Of a stretch of DNA of 64,000 bases, positions 27,503 through 39,486 are shown one piece after another. Positions within the stretch are counted from its first letter, which is position 1. Each line of letters opens with the position of its first letter. The translations under genes and the position numbers were made by a program. This stretch comes from Paraphysomonas bandaiensis (lineage: Eukaryota > Protista > Chrysophyceae). The stretch spans positions 1 through 64,000 of the forward strand of contig CBFFRP010000365.1 in the NCBI GenBank assembly GCA_965644295.1. The letters are read 5' to 3'. A model generated the notes under the pieces. The model did not search any database, was not told the origin of the DNA, and saw only the letters and a list, made by a program, of their open reading frames with translations.

Positions 27503-28227
27503 TAGAATGGTTTAACTGTTTAACTTAACTAACTGAACAGAACATACACTTACTAATTACTAATCAATTATTAAAATAATAATCAATATCTCTTACCACA
27601 AATTTATATGGTCACTACTACACTATACACTACTACCAACCAATAATTCCAGATCATAGACAGTCACGATATGCAGTCAATATGTACTTCAGTTTCTCTA
27701 AAATAGTTCATAGTATGAACTGCCGAGAACTGGGCACCCATTAATGGTTACCAGGCCCTGCTCGTATAATTAGTTCAAGATATTTTGTCAACTACTGTTA
27801 ATAAATGAAATACCTTAGAACGCAGCTTCTAATTGCATACAAACAAGTAAAAAAACTCGACTCTTACAATCGAAACCATGCCATGGTCGACTTCACATTG
27901 TTAATGAAGTACAAACAAGCAAAAATCAACATAATTGAATAAAAAATCATGATAATTTTTAGCAATATTACAACTAGTTAAAAACAGGAATACAATTGCA
28001 TGGTTATAATTTGTGAATCATATGTACATAAACTATCTTGCTGTTATCAAATCACTATTCCGGATATTGACGTTCCACGACGAGACCTTAATGAATACAC
28101 ATATTCATACCTACTCGCCATCAACTATTCGATTCAAATAAGAATTTCAGAGAACTTCAATACAGCACTAACACACGAGTTGCTGGTCGTCACTGGCAAC
28201 TAAGAAGTACTTCTGCAAAATACTATG

Positions 28228-31200
28228 CTAAATATCGTCATACATCCTTGACCTCCCACCCATTAAGTGTCGTTGTCGAGCTACACCAAGTGGTGGCCTT
28301 CCAGACATACTCCCCAAACTACTTGTATATATTTCTTCCGTTTGCCCTTCCAACGATGCAGTTGCATCTATTTGTTGTGGTATATTTTTGGATAGCAATA
28401 GCTTCTTGAATTGTACCATGGCCTGCTTCTGAACCTTTGCGTCGCGGAATGAAGCTCCCAAAGAGTAAAGCTGTCTTGCCACTGCCACTCGTGTCAGAAA
28501 CCTGAAATATGCCAACAGTCCCTTCCACAAGGACTTGGAGTAATAGTGCTGTGATGTCATGGTAGCCAAGAACCAAGCTCGCATGCAAAAATATAGTAAT
28601 GACTCGCTCCGTCTAGATTGTACTTGAAGTGACAGCTCGTGCAAGCGACTTGATTCTTCAACCTTCCTGTCTTGAGATGTAGATGCAGACAACGAACGCG
28701 TGCCATTTATCGAACTTCCACGTCGCTGTCTCATTCCAACCAGATCAGACGTCTTGCTGATAGTATTTCTAAGAATGGATTGACGACGCATTTCCAACCG
28801 CTTTCGTTTGGCCTGCTGCTTCCGAGCATTCCCCTGTAGGGTATCAAATACCTTTCGGCACCGTGCCATAACCCAGTGCTCGTCACCATACGATATACTA
28901 TCGGCCTGTCCAAATGCAATATTTATATGCTTCATCCATGATGTCCACAAACGTCTCTTTACCACCAGCGAAACTTCGGCATCAAAATTCGAATTGAGGT
29001 TCCGATCGCGGCGAGAGCGACTACTAGTTTCATAACTATGAGATGCTCCATCTTCACTTGATTGGTCTTGACCCCTTTTTCTGCGACGCCTAACAGTAAC
29101 GCACATATACCACGCCACAAGTCCCCACCTAGCAAGCCACATGTTGTGATATGTATCTGCACTTTGCTGAATTCGCAATGACTGATTCAGATTACTGTGC
29201 CTTTCAGTCCACCGGGATAAAGCATGCTTCAGATGCAGCATATTCATAACCGGATCTGAGTCCGCAATAGTGATAGATGATACACTAGTAGACAGAGAGT
29301 TCTGACGCTTCCTCAGTGTCTGAGACCCGTTAGATTGTTTGATTGCTTCTATTTTGCTTGTCGAAAACACACCCAAAGGACGATGATGTGATGCACCGTG
29401 ACTATTCTCCGCCACACCACTGCTCCCCGTTGAGCTCGATGAACACCCCTGTGCTGGAACAATAGGAAATAGCGTACTCATAGTAGAAGAGGATGGCACT
29501 TTAATGTGCTTATTGGACCTGAACCTAGAATTCACAGGGTATTTTGTCGACGAACTAGTCGTGGATGGTACATGGGAAGATGCAAGTGGCTCAGTAGGTG
29601 ACACTGACAGTCCAGTAGACCGACTAAATCTACTTGATATGCCAGTGTGTAGCCCAGCTCTAGCGCGTCGGATTCTTCGATGTTTTAAAAGGCGCTTCAA
29701 ATTACCCAATGCTTTTGCTAGAGATGTGTACATATGTCTTTGGGTTGCCATCATGTATGCATGTCTCATTACTCTATGGGAAATACAGTTTTGGGACCAT
29801 TCCCGTAAACATCTAGACGTAGCCACACAGCGGACATGCTGCACTGCTCTCCACATATCATCGTAGAGCACACACTGCCGACTGAAGTGGCACCTCCACT
29901 GGTATAGATACACATGCATACTGTAGTGTATACGGAAATTATCTGCAGCATTAAAAGACAGCGTCATATCTCGAGACCTTGATTTCAACATCGAGTCTTT
30001 TGATCCACCATGCGCAACTCTCGTTTCCACCTCTTGCTTACCCCACCTGCGTGTTTGTTTGCGAGTTCCATTCGTATCTCGGTGCAATAGCGACAATAGT
30101 ACCAACCAACCCCTACGCAAGGTCCTGTTGAGATAATGCTGGTCAGCTCTACGGCAAATCTGCCGAAGCCAACTCAATGATCCTGATCGCCGACCCACAC
30201 GAGCAAATAAGTCACATAACCGGTATCTCATATAAAACACATACGCCATTGAATGCTGATGATGTAGCCATTCCCTTAGGGTTCGCTGATGGTAAACCTG
30301 GTGCTTCAGCCATACCAACCCAGACAATGACGTTACCCAGTCAAAATACTGACATGCTGTTTGATTGCCTAGTGATTGCTGTACTTGCCATTTCAATTTG
30401 GAGAACACATAGGGCGCTCTGGTCTTCATGTAGTGATCAGCGGCCATTAGTTTACAAGTGGAGAACATTGCACATCGCTTGTACCACTTACAGAAGAATC
30501 TAGAGAGCATGCCTATTTCATGTCTCTCATCTAAATCATAATTAGAGAGGTGGTTGTACGGTTCGGTAGGTTTGACTTTGTAGGAAATAAGAGGCACTAC
30601 TGCTGGAGGTGGGGGAGGGGGCTCATCATCAAAGCTCTGGGTATGATATGCTTGTTCATGAGGATGTTTGCTCTGACTGGGCAGTATATTTCCATGGTTA
30701 ACTAATAAGCTCATGTGTGGACCGGTGCCTCTCGAGTACATGGACACCATCCTCATATGACTGCTTGTAGTACTCTCGCTTGCGTCGTCCATGTTAGTGT
30801 GAGATGAAGTCTGAGATAAGGTGATATCACCGCTGTCAATTGTCATATCGTCAGTGTGATGGTTGTGCCACAATAACGACAGAGGACGATCCCTACTCCC
30901 CCCTGACAATCTGCGCCTTCTCGGAATACCTTTCGTGTTGGACGCTTGAGTGCTGTGAGTTACCATTGCAACACTTTCAGAGCACAGGGAGGACACATCA
31001 GACTGATTATCCATATCACGAGACAAGTGCTTGCTATGGTGTTCATCAGCAACCCACTGACGAGTTGGAGAAGTTATAGTAAAGTTTCTCTTCGATCTTG
31101 TACGACTCGATACAAAGCAATAGACCTGAAGCTTAGTGAAACTTGCCTTAAGAAGATGAAAGCGATACATAGAGCGTGCAAGCCATAAGTTCTTCCAGTA

Positions 31201-31581
31201 TTTAAACATACGATTGCGTGGCAGATACATCACATGTAACATTGCATCTTTAGATGATAATCTTGAGTCGATTATAAGGCATTGTCCTTTACTTCTCTTA
31301 AGTAACTCTACACGACGTCTTATAGTCGATAAAGTCGATGTACTGTCATCATCTTCATGTTGAAGATCAACTGTGACACTCTCTGTTTCACCATCTGTCT
31401 TATCTACCCTCTCTTGAGGGTTAAGATGAGTTGTAGAGGGTATAGAATTGATTGGAACACATGTAACGCCACGGAGTAAATCATCTCGTGATTGAATGGG
31501 TTTTTGACCCTTTGATTTCATTCGTTTTAATGTAGATTGATGTGGATCATATGGGGGTTTTCTAGGAGGACCAAATTTCAT
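28228..31581 (-). CDS. Sfi1-repeat (centrin-binding-like) protein, 1117 aa, intronless
   Basis: Long ORF with repeated A-x-x-H/F-x7-8-L/F-x2-W units (ADTYHNMWLARWGLVAW, ADNFRIHYSMHVYLYQW, ADQHYLNRTLRRGW) and Ser-rich linkers. Confidence 0.65.
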   Translation of the reverse strand: MKFGPPRKPPYDPHQSTLKRMKSKGQKPIQSRDDLLRGVTCVPINSIPSTTHLNPQERVDKTDGETESVTVDLQHEDDDSTSTLSTIRRRVELLKRSKGQCLIIDSRLSSKDAMLHVMYLPRNRMFKYWKNLWLARSMYRFHLLKASFTKLQVYCFVSSRTRSKRNFTITSPTRQWVADEHHSKHLSRDMDNQSDVSSLCSESVAMVTHSTQASNTKGIPRRRRLSGGSRDRPLSLLWHNHHTDDMTIDSGDITLSQTSSHTNMDDASESTTSSHMRMVSMYSRGTGPHMSLLVNHGNILPSQSKHPHEQAYHTQSFDDEPPPPPPAVVPLISYKVKPTEPYNHLSNYDLDERHEIGMLSRFFCKWYKRCAMFSTCKLMAADHYMKTRAPYVFSKLKWQVQQSLGNQTACQYFDWVTSLSGLVWLKHQVYHQRTLREWLHHQHSMAYVFYMRYRLCDLFARVGRRSGSLSWLRQICRRADQHYLNRTLRRGWLVLLSLLHRDTNGTRKQTRRWGKQEVETRVAHGGSKDSMLKSRSRDMTLSFNAADNFRIHYSMHVYLYQWRCHFSRQCVLYDDMWRAVQHVRCVATSRCLREWSQNCISHRVMRHAYMMATQRHMYTSLAKALGNLKRLLKHRRIRRARAGLHTGISSRFSRSTGLSVSPTEPLASSHVPSTTSSSTKYPVNSRFRSNKHIKVPSSSTMSTLFPIVPAQGCSSSSTGSSGVAENSHGASHHRPLGVFSTSKIEAIKQSNGSQTLRKRQNSLSTSVSSITIADSDPVMNMLHLKHALSRWTERHSNLNQSLRIQQSADTYHNMWLARWGLVAWYMCVTVRRRRKRGQDQSSEDGASHSYETSSRSRRDRNLNSNFDAEVSLVVKRRLWTSWMKHINIAFGQADSISYGDEHWVMARCRKVFDTLQGNARKQQAKRKRLEMRRQSILRNTISKTSDLVGMRQRRGSSINGTRSLSASTSQDRKVEESSRLHELSLQVQSRRSESLLYFCMRAWFLATMTSQHYYSKSLWKGLLAYFRFLTRVAVARQLYSLGASFRDAKVQKQAMVQFKKLLLSKNIPQQIDATASLEGQTEEIYTSSLGSMSGRPPLGVARQRHLMGGRSRMYDDI

Positions 31582-31692
31582 TTTATTTTGGTTATTTGGT
31601 TCTATGAGTCATTAGTATGGAGGGTTAAGTCTGTATGTATGTATGTATATATGCGGAGGTTAAGAGGAGTGTATATCTCTATATATGTACGT

Positions 31693-31898
31693 ATGTATGT
31701 ATGTATGTATGTATGTATGTATGTATGTATGTATGTATGTATGTATGTATGTATGTATGTATGTATGTATGTATGTATGTATGTATGTATGTATGTATGT
31801 ATGTATGTATGTATGTATGTATGTATGTATGTATGTATGTATGTATGTATGTATGTATGTATACAGATGTGTATGTATATGTATGTATGTATGTATGT
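31693..31898. repeat. (TATG)n microsatellite
   Basis: Direct run. Confidence 0.98.
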
Positions 31899-32210
31899 AC
31901 TGCTGTGTATGTGAATGTGAGTGTAGTGAGAATTATTAACGGATGTTTTTGTGGTATATTACACGGTATACACGGTATACACTGTATTCATTCTCTGTAT
32001 ACAACAGAGTGTCTATGTACGTATATTCTATATATGAGTATGTGTGCAGTGTAGCTATGTACGTATATTCTACTATATGAGTATGTATAGCATACACATG
32101 TCTATATACAACATACACACACATACATACACACTCACGTACACATACATACACATTCATTCCACTCTCTTAACACTCGCATATACAAACCCCTCACACA
32201 AACACATCTC

Positions 32211-33624
32211 ATGGAATGGAATAACAATCAAACCGGTATCCCAGTGGCTCTATTCCTGACTCCAGTGGATGAGAATCTAATCTGTGGATTATGTTTTGAT
32301 GCTATGAACAGTCCTGTACAGGTACATACACATACATACACATACATATACAGACATATACATGTATACATGCATACAGTAGATACATACACAGAGTTAC
32401 ATACAGACATACATACATAGTAGACACATGCCTACATAGGGACATACTTCTCTCATATGGACATATCGTATATGCATATACTTATAGCTATACACACATA
32501 TATCTTACATACACGTCATTAACAGACTATCACAGTGCAGTCAAGGACACTCATTCTGCAAGAATTGCATTTTATCAGCTATAAATACATCAACAGACTG
32601 TCCGATGAAGTGTGGAGCAACATTCAATCCTGATCGACTTATATTCAATAGAGTTGCAGCGGGTTGTATTGATAACTTAAACATGTGGTGTCCGAACTCA
32701 CTTAAGGATGAGTCGTCTGATTTGGATAATGAACGATGCTGTTGGTCAGGAAAAGTGAAAGACTGTGCCAATCACCTGACAGTGTGCTCTTATGCTGTTA
32801 TTTCATGCCCTCATATGCTCTGCACGGCTTCAGTGAGACGCAAATACCTCTCAGAACATCTTGCTGCGTGTTCCGAAAGACCAGTTCAGTGTCCTACATG
32901 CTCTGAGGAACTCCCCTGGCGTGCTCTCCAAGACCATCTGTGCCCAATGGATATAGTGGAGTGCCCAATGGGATGCCTCACTACTGAGGGCTCTATAACA
33001 ACTCTTCTTCGGCACCAGGTGGCAGATCATGAAACCAAGTGTGACAAGGCATTAGTGCCATGTCGGTATGCTCCCATGGGGTGTGAGGCCCGACTCCTGA
33101 GGCATGCACTGGTTGCCCATGAGGAAGACATGACAGCTCATTTCCCCCTCGCTCTAGCGTCTGTTCTTCGCCTGCAAGAAACCGTGAAAAAGCAGGATAG
33201 CATCATCACACAGCAGCAGCAGAGTATTAGTGACCTACAAGCTCAAGTAAATGGTCACTTAATCGAGTATCGCATACCTTTTCTGGACTCTCGTACTCAC
33301 TACATGTCCGACTACCATACTCTTCGTACCCATGAATGGAGAGTTGAATTAATTCCAGATGAGGAATATTATAGCATTTTGGTGGCCATAAGGCCTCCTT
33401 ATCTTTCTGCCAATGCGACTGATGTTGGTAAAATATCAGTTACACTGTTACCGGGAGACGATAGTAAACTCCCATTCAGAAACGGAATACTATGTGGATA
33501 TGCTGACAGATTGCATGGCTGGAAGTGCGAGAAATTTATTACGATTAGAGATCTTATGGCAGACTATGTGCAGCCAGATGGCTCTGTTGTTATACGTGCA
33601 AGAGTATATTATCGCGAATTATGA
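32211..33624 (+). CDS. TRAF-like E3 ligase: RING + TRAF Zn fingers + coiled coil + MATH domain; intron 32322-32535
   Basis: Spliced RING LICGLC..PVQ|CSQGHSFCKNC..CPMKC, repeated C-P-x-x-C..H..C TRAF fingers, and a MATH-like end (WRVELIP..GWKCEKFITIRDL..YVQPDGSVVIRA). Confidence 0.88.
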
Positions 33625-34363
33625 TTGTTATCATATTAGAGTGAGTAATATAGTTAGATTTGATTCTCAACTGTCGTTACTTATGTTATGATGTGTCATG
33701 TAAAATATATTAATATTGTTCGATAGTAGAATAAAGAAATAGTACAATACAATGCGCTGGTATGATATCTGTAGAATTATATGTCGTGCCATTAATTTGG
33801 CACATAAAAGTAAATATCAGAACTACTAAATACCGAATATACTTTCCCAATTATATGACTTCAGGTGAACTTGATTGTGGAAAGAGTGGAAAAGTTATCT
33901 TCAGACTAGTTTTATCCTGTGGACCATAAATTGGCAAGTTTCGTGTAGCAGAGTTTTCAAGGTTTTTGTGCTATTAACTAAATGCACACATCACAATTTT
34001 CTATCCTCACATCTTCTACCTTTCAATCAACTTTTCACTGTGCTACATTTTATAACAAACAAATTTAAATATTTAAAATTTGGGCTCAACAGAAAGCTGA
34101 TATCAGCGTCGGGAAAATATAGACATTCCACGGAATTCAACTTCAATATTCGGTTCAACAGAAGCTCACTTCTATCTTAATTATGATATTGACAGTCATA
34201 TGTACGTGATTTCAGTTTGTTACACAATTGTAGAAAAACCACAATCATGAGTTAAATCGTTAGACACTTCAAGTTATATTTCATCTTTTCTATAATTCTC
34301 TGCCCTACGATGGCAAATACAGTCCAACATAAAGTTTCACCCTATTAACCAGCTCCAAGCCCA

Positions 34364-35965
34364 ATGTCTCTATTGAGACCGTGGCTGAGTCACATCAGTG
34401 TGCCCAGGGCCTTTTACACTCCCTTACTGCTGCATTTTGTTGACCACCACGCTTCCGACAAATTACCTGTCACACCATGTTGTACACGCTCCAAGCCCCC
34501 CTGCCTGGCCTTGCAACCTTCACCCTACTCAACTACTTCAGTTAAACCACGTGCCTGCACCAATGCAGCGCTGACCGCACCTATGTGCTATCCCCTCAGC
34601 AGACAACTTCGTCTCACCCATCGCTTTCTACGGCTACAACCTCTCAGAACATGGCTCGTGCGAGCAGGCTCACGAAAACGACCCCCATGGACCCCCTATG
34701 CAATCACTGAATACTCTCGATCCCTCTCAACTGTGCAACAGGGCTGCCTTCTGCCGCCCACTCAGCCCAACCCAACATGGTTTGTCTGTGGTCCATCCAC
34801 CCAGCAGGCTACCCCCTCACCCTGTTCACCTATCACCCCCACAGCCCATCCATCTCATTGGATAGACACTGTATTCCGCATACGGTATACTCGACTACTG
34901 TACTACTGTGTCCTACAGGATGTATACCATTCCGTGTACCTGTCTACCTGTACTGTTGGACACATCACCATGTCCATGTACCTGTCTACCTGTACTGTTG
35001 GACACATCACCAGCTCTCTCTCTCTGTCCAACACACTCATAACACCACTGCAGTGTCATACACACACACAGTACACTCTACCTCCTCCTAGAAAACCCCC
35101 GGACAAACTATCGCCTCTCCCTTCGTCTCTGATACCTTGCCGTCATCTTCCTTACACACACTCTCTATGCCTCAGTCTGTACCCCCCTGCACCAACACAG
35201 ACACTGACAAGGGCAGCTGAGGACGTCCGAGTGTCTCCTCCAGACCATCATCATCATCACGATCATCTCGTGCATAGGTCTATCAGAGTACTCGACCTCA
35301 GTGACTCTTGTTCTGTTGCGCAGTCTCACTCTCCTCAATCAGATGTTGCCTCTCTTGCACCATCACACTCCCTCTCGACTCCCTGTAGCTGGACACACCG
35401 GATGACCCTCACATCCCACCCCTGTACAGCTATACACCCTCTTGCATGTGTTCTCTACCGCTGGCTAAGACAGCAAAAGAGCCGATTTCGACGCTTCTTC
35501 ACAGTAGGCCATAACCTTTTGCAAGACCTTCATCCACATACCTCCGAGCCACTTGGAACAATGCCTAAAGGAAGGCCACCAGATCGCCAATCTCAGAAGG
35601 GCATATTACTGTTTCCCCTAACTGCCATAAGGCTAATAAGACAGTCCCCGTGAGGTACATAAGGCTATCTATCATATAGCGAGTGGAGTCTCATCCCAAG
35701 AGGAGACCTCCAGATCACACGCGCCGGTGAGTCCCAGGACACACGATCATGGCGAGCCTCATAACACACACTAAGAACGGAAGTGGTTGCACCTTGGTGC
35801 TTGCGGCGACGCACAAGCAGCTTCTGTAGCGTTAAATAGTAGGATAAAAGAGTTTGTATTGATTAGTTGCGGGTAGTAGTCTAACTAGTATGACTAGCAT
35901 TCTTCTAGCCACTAATTGGTGCAGGCTTTCAACGCCTATTGCTAAATAATCAGACATTCAATATA
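34364..35965 (+). mobile_element. Putative non-autonomous retroposon-like element: low-complexity 429-aa ORF (PPRKPPD, GRPPD) plus a conserved 3' end
   Basis: Its 3' 480 bp recur at 27010-27491, and it ends in TAATCAGACATTCA(TA)n. No RT motif seen. The 5' boundary is unknown. Confidence 0.5.
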
Positions 35966-37659
35966 TATATTTCATCTTTCGTCTGCTGTAGAAGATCATA
36001 ATGTCATAATGATGTCAGTGCAAGCGATCTATCTTCATAACAACCAGGACTTCGTAACAACTTCAAGAATATTACAGGAGAGTTTAAGTGCCATATCTGA
36101 TGCTATATAGGCGGTAAAGGGCAGTGGTATTCATGGGTTCGGGTTACATTGTGCTTATGAGAGGATATCGTGTGCCTCATATCATACTCACATATCATTC
36201 AATCAGGTGCACTAGCAGAGGTTAAGCGTATTAGATATATATGTGATGATGATGTTAATTAAGGCAATAAGAAGCCTTTCGTTTGCCTGCAACTGTTCAT
36301 TTATCATCACACTTATGTACGAATTTCAACACCTCGCAGTTGCTATTTCATTAGTATCCTTCTGTGATTGGAGTGCATTTGTTGGATATATTATATATAT
36401 AAATTTGAGTTTGCGTATTGTCTCTTGTATAAATTTTAAAAATTTTGAGCGCGGGACGATATAGCCTCCTTATTGCCCGTAGTTAAATATAACTATATAT
36501 AATATTAAGCCATATTACAGTAGTGTAGCAGAATAGACAATAAAAGGGAATTTGGGGCATTAAATCATAATTCCAATTATAATTGACTCCAGCTTGCTTC
36601 AATTAGTTGTCAATCTTATACTGATATTGATAAAAAACGGCATTTTTATTGAAAAAATCCAATTTTTACTATAAAATCGAAGATTGATGAAAGACTATAG
36701 TATCACATGATAATTCACTTAAATTATTGGTAATATGAGCGATAGACTGGTACCTAAATCAATGCACGAATGTTGTTTGAAAAATAGTGATAATAACGAC
36801 GAGGTTGCAATGCTTCCAATGCACTTCAGTTTGATTGTTGATGGGTTGACGTGCACTAAAATTAAAATATTTTTGCTAGATGAGGATGATTAATGACAGT
36901 TTAGAATAACGGCGCCGTACAATGTTAGATTGATGGTAACAGGCAACGGAAGCGAACACCTTAATCAGCATACTCGTTACTGCACATGTAGTACTTGCAT
37001 GCCGCAACCAATATGGTTGAAAGGTAGTTCAGTAGAGCTAAGATTGAAATGATATGAAATATGCACAAGAGTACTACTTAAGTTTTTACTCATCAACCGT
37101 CGCCTCTGGAATGAAATGGCAGTTGAGGTAGCTATATTGACAGCTAATGTACTTTATTACTAAATAATTGCTATTAATTGCAGTTATTTGCAATAATTGA
37201 AATTGAGATAGCAAGTAATAATTGAACTACCAACTAAAGCTCTACGTGAAAGAAATAATACCTATATCTAATTTGAATTGTATACAGTAGAATATTATTA
37301 AAACCGAATATGGCGTGTACAGATTTTACTTCGACGAACGAAGAAAGTACGAATATAAAATATTATATATTACTTTAACTGCTACCTTTGACTCATTTCA
37401 TTCATGCGTTTTGAGCATTCAATCAATATTCTATCTTAACATGCTTTGCAACCCGTACAAGGACATATTCTTCCGTTATGGCAGTACATCAAGTGGTCTG
37501 CAATTCTACACACTGATGCACTTAAGCACACAGTGCAAAAACTCTGCAAGAACCACATCCATATTGCCCTTTACCAACAGTATAATCATAGTACAGACAC
37601 GCCAGTACAATACATACAACGTAATGATATCACGTTCCTTGTATACAGTCATTCATCCA

Positions 37660-37962
37660 CTACTCGTGTTCAGTAACCTCAATACGTTGTACTTTACGTA
37701 ATTCATCATTTGTTTTTAATAATTTTTGTATTCTTGAAAACTTTGATGTGTCTTGCCTGACAAGATATAAGAAACACTCCTTATCTAGTTTACCCTGTAA
37801 AGATGCCATATCTAAAGCCCGTATAACTAAACTATCGATGTATTGCTCTACTAGTGATTTCACGAGAGATACCGACTCACTATCTGGTGGCCATTCATCT
37901 CCGAAACCGAACATCATTTCCTCAATACTTGAAGTTAAGTGATTATTTGTTTCTGAAGACAT
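37660..37962 (-). CDS. TAF13: TFIID subunit 13 (histone-fold)
   Basis: IEEMMFGFGD..ESVSLVKSLVEQYI..GKLDKECFLYLVRQD..KFSRIQKLL..DELRK is the TAF13 signature. Confidence 0.9.
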   Translation of the reverse strand: MSSETNNHLTSSIEEMMFGFGDEWPPDSESVSLVKSLVEQYIDSLVIRALDMASLQGKLDKECFLYLVRQDTSKFSRIQKLLKTNDELRKVQRIEVTEHE

Positions 37963-38014
37963 TGTGCTATATGCGTGGAGATTATGGAGGAATTGAAGAC
38001 ATACAGTGATGAGC

Positions 38015-38567
38015 ATGTATGTATGTATGTATGTATGTATGTATGTATGTATGTATGTATGTATGTATGTATGTATGTATGTATGTATGTATGTATGTAT
38101 GTATGTATGTATGTATGTATGTATGTATGTATGTATGTATGTATGTATGTATGTATGTATGTATGTATGTATGTATGTATGTATGTATGTATGTATGTAT
38201 GTATGTATTTATTTATGTATGTATGTATTTATGTATGTATGTATGTATGTATGTATGTATGTATGTATGTATGTATGTATGTATGTATGTATGTATGTAT
38301 GTATGTATGTATGTTTGTATGTATGTATGTATGTATGTATGTATGTATGTATATGTGTGTATGTATGTATGTATGTATGTATGTATGTATGTATGTATGT
38401 ATGTATGTATGTATGTATGTATGTATGTATGTATGTATGTATGTATGTATGTATGTATGTATGTATGTATGTATGTATGTATGTATGTATGTATGTATGT
38501 ATGTATGTATGTATGTATGTATGTATGTATGTATGTATGTATGTATGTATGTATGTATGTATGTATG
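38015..38567. repeat. (TATG)n microsatellite
   Basis: Direct run. Confidence 0.99.
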
Positions 38568-39099
38568 TTTTTGGCTGCTTGACATGGTTTGGAGATTAAT
38601 GCTTTATTTAGTTGTAGCTGCACATATAGGGTAGGGGAAATAGCGTCACTGCAGTTCAAACCAACGCTGATGTAGATTAGACCAGAGCTAGGGTATTATC
38701 TCTAGCCCTGGACCAGTCCTCTATGTAGTGTTACACCAGCACCTCCCATTATCAATTTATCATGTTCTGTTTACTGTTCCTGCTAGTGCATGACAAATGA
38801 GAGACTGTTTAATATCACTCTGTCATTAGCAGTAAGATCATGTGTTTGCTGTTGAACATATTCTGTAGATTCCAGGAAATTTCCTTCAGGAGGACTGAGA
38901 ATTTCGTTGATGATACATCATGATTAATACACTACATTATACAATACGGAGCTATATAATAGAGTACTCTATAGGTGAGATATAAGAGCAGCATCACCAT
39001 TTTCTAAAGTCTTTAGTAGTAATCGGGTAGATGGTGTATTACTTCGAAAGTTCTTTTAGTAAAAATTTAATATGGTGGTGGTATCTGTTTATAATTAAT

Positions 39100-39486
39100 C
39101 AGCCACCAAAGCCACCACTACTTCAAAGCTAATCGCAGTTTTGACAATAGTTGTTGTTGGATTTTATGACGAGGACAGCAGTGTGTTGTTTTCAATAGGG
39201 ACAGTACGGCAGTAAAGTCCCACTAGCACAGAAGTGCTGCGGCAAGTAAAACAGTTTATTAAATAAATATCGAATCAGTATTTCTGACAGATTATTCCAA
39301 TAAGACTTCACATGTAGTGTTATAAAATGAAACGGATTGAACTTATTAAGTGATACATTGTGGTGCGTATCTATATACCTTATCTCCTATCTTACACTCC
39401 ACGTGCCGCAGTCTTATTGAGGTAGAAATTTCAACAGATTCACTGTCGCTATCTGAACCTCCTTCAAAGTTTCCTTCAAGCTCTCT
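39100..39486 (-). pseudogene. Diverged duplicate of the USB1 last exon and 3' flank
   Basis: Aligns to 60469-60872, including VECKIGDKVYRY. Confidence 0.8.
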
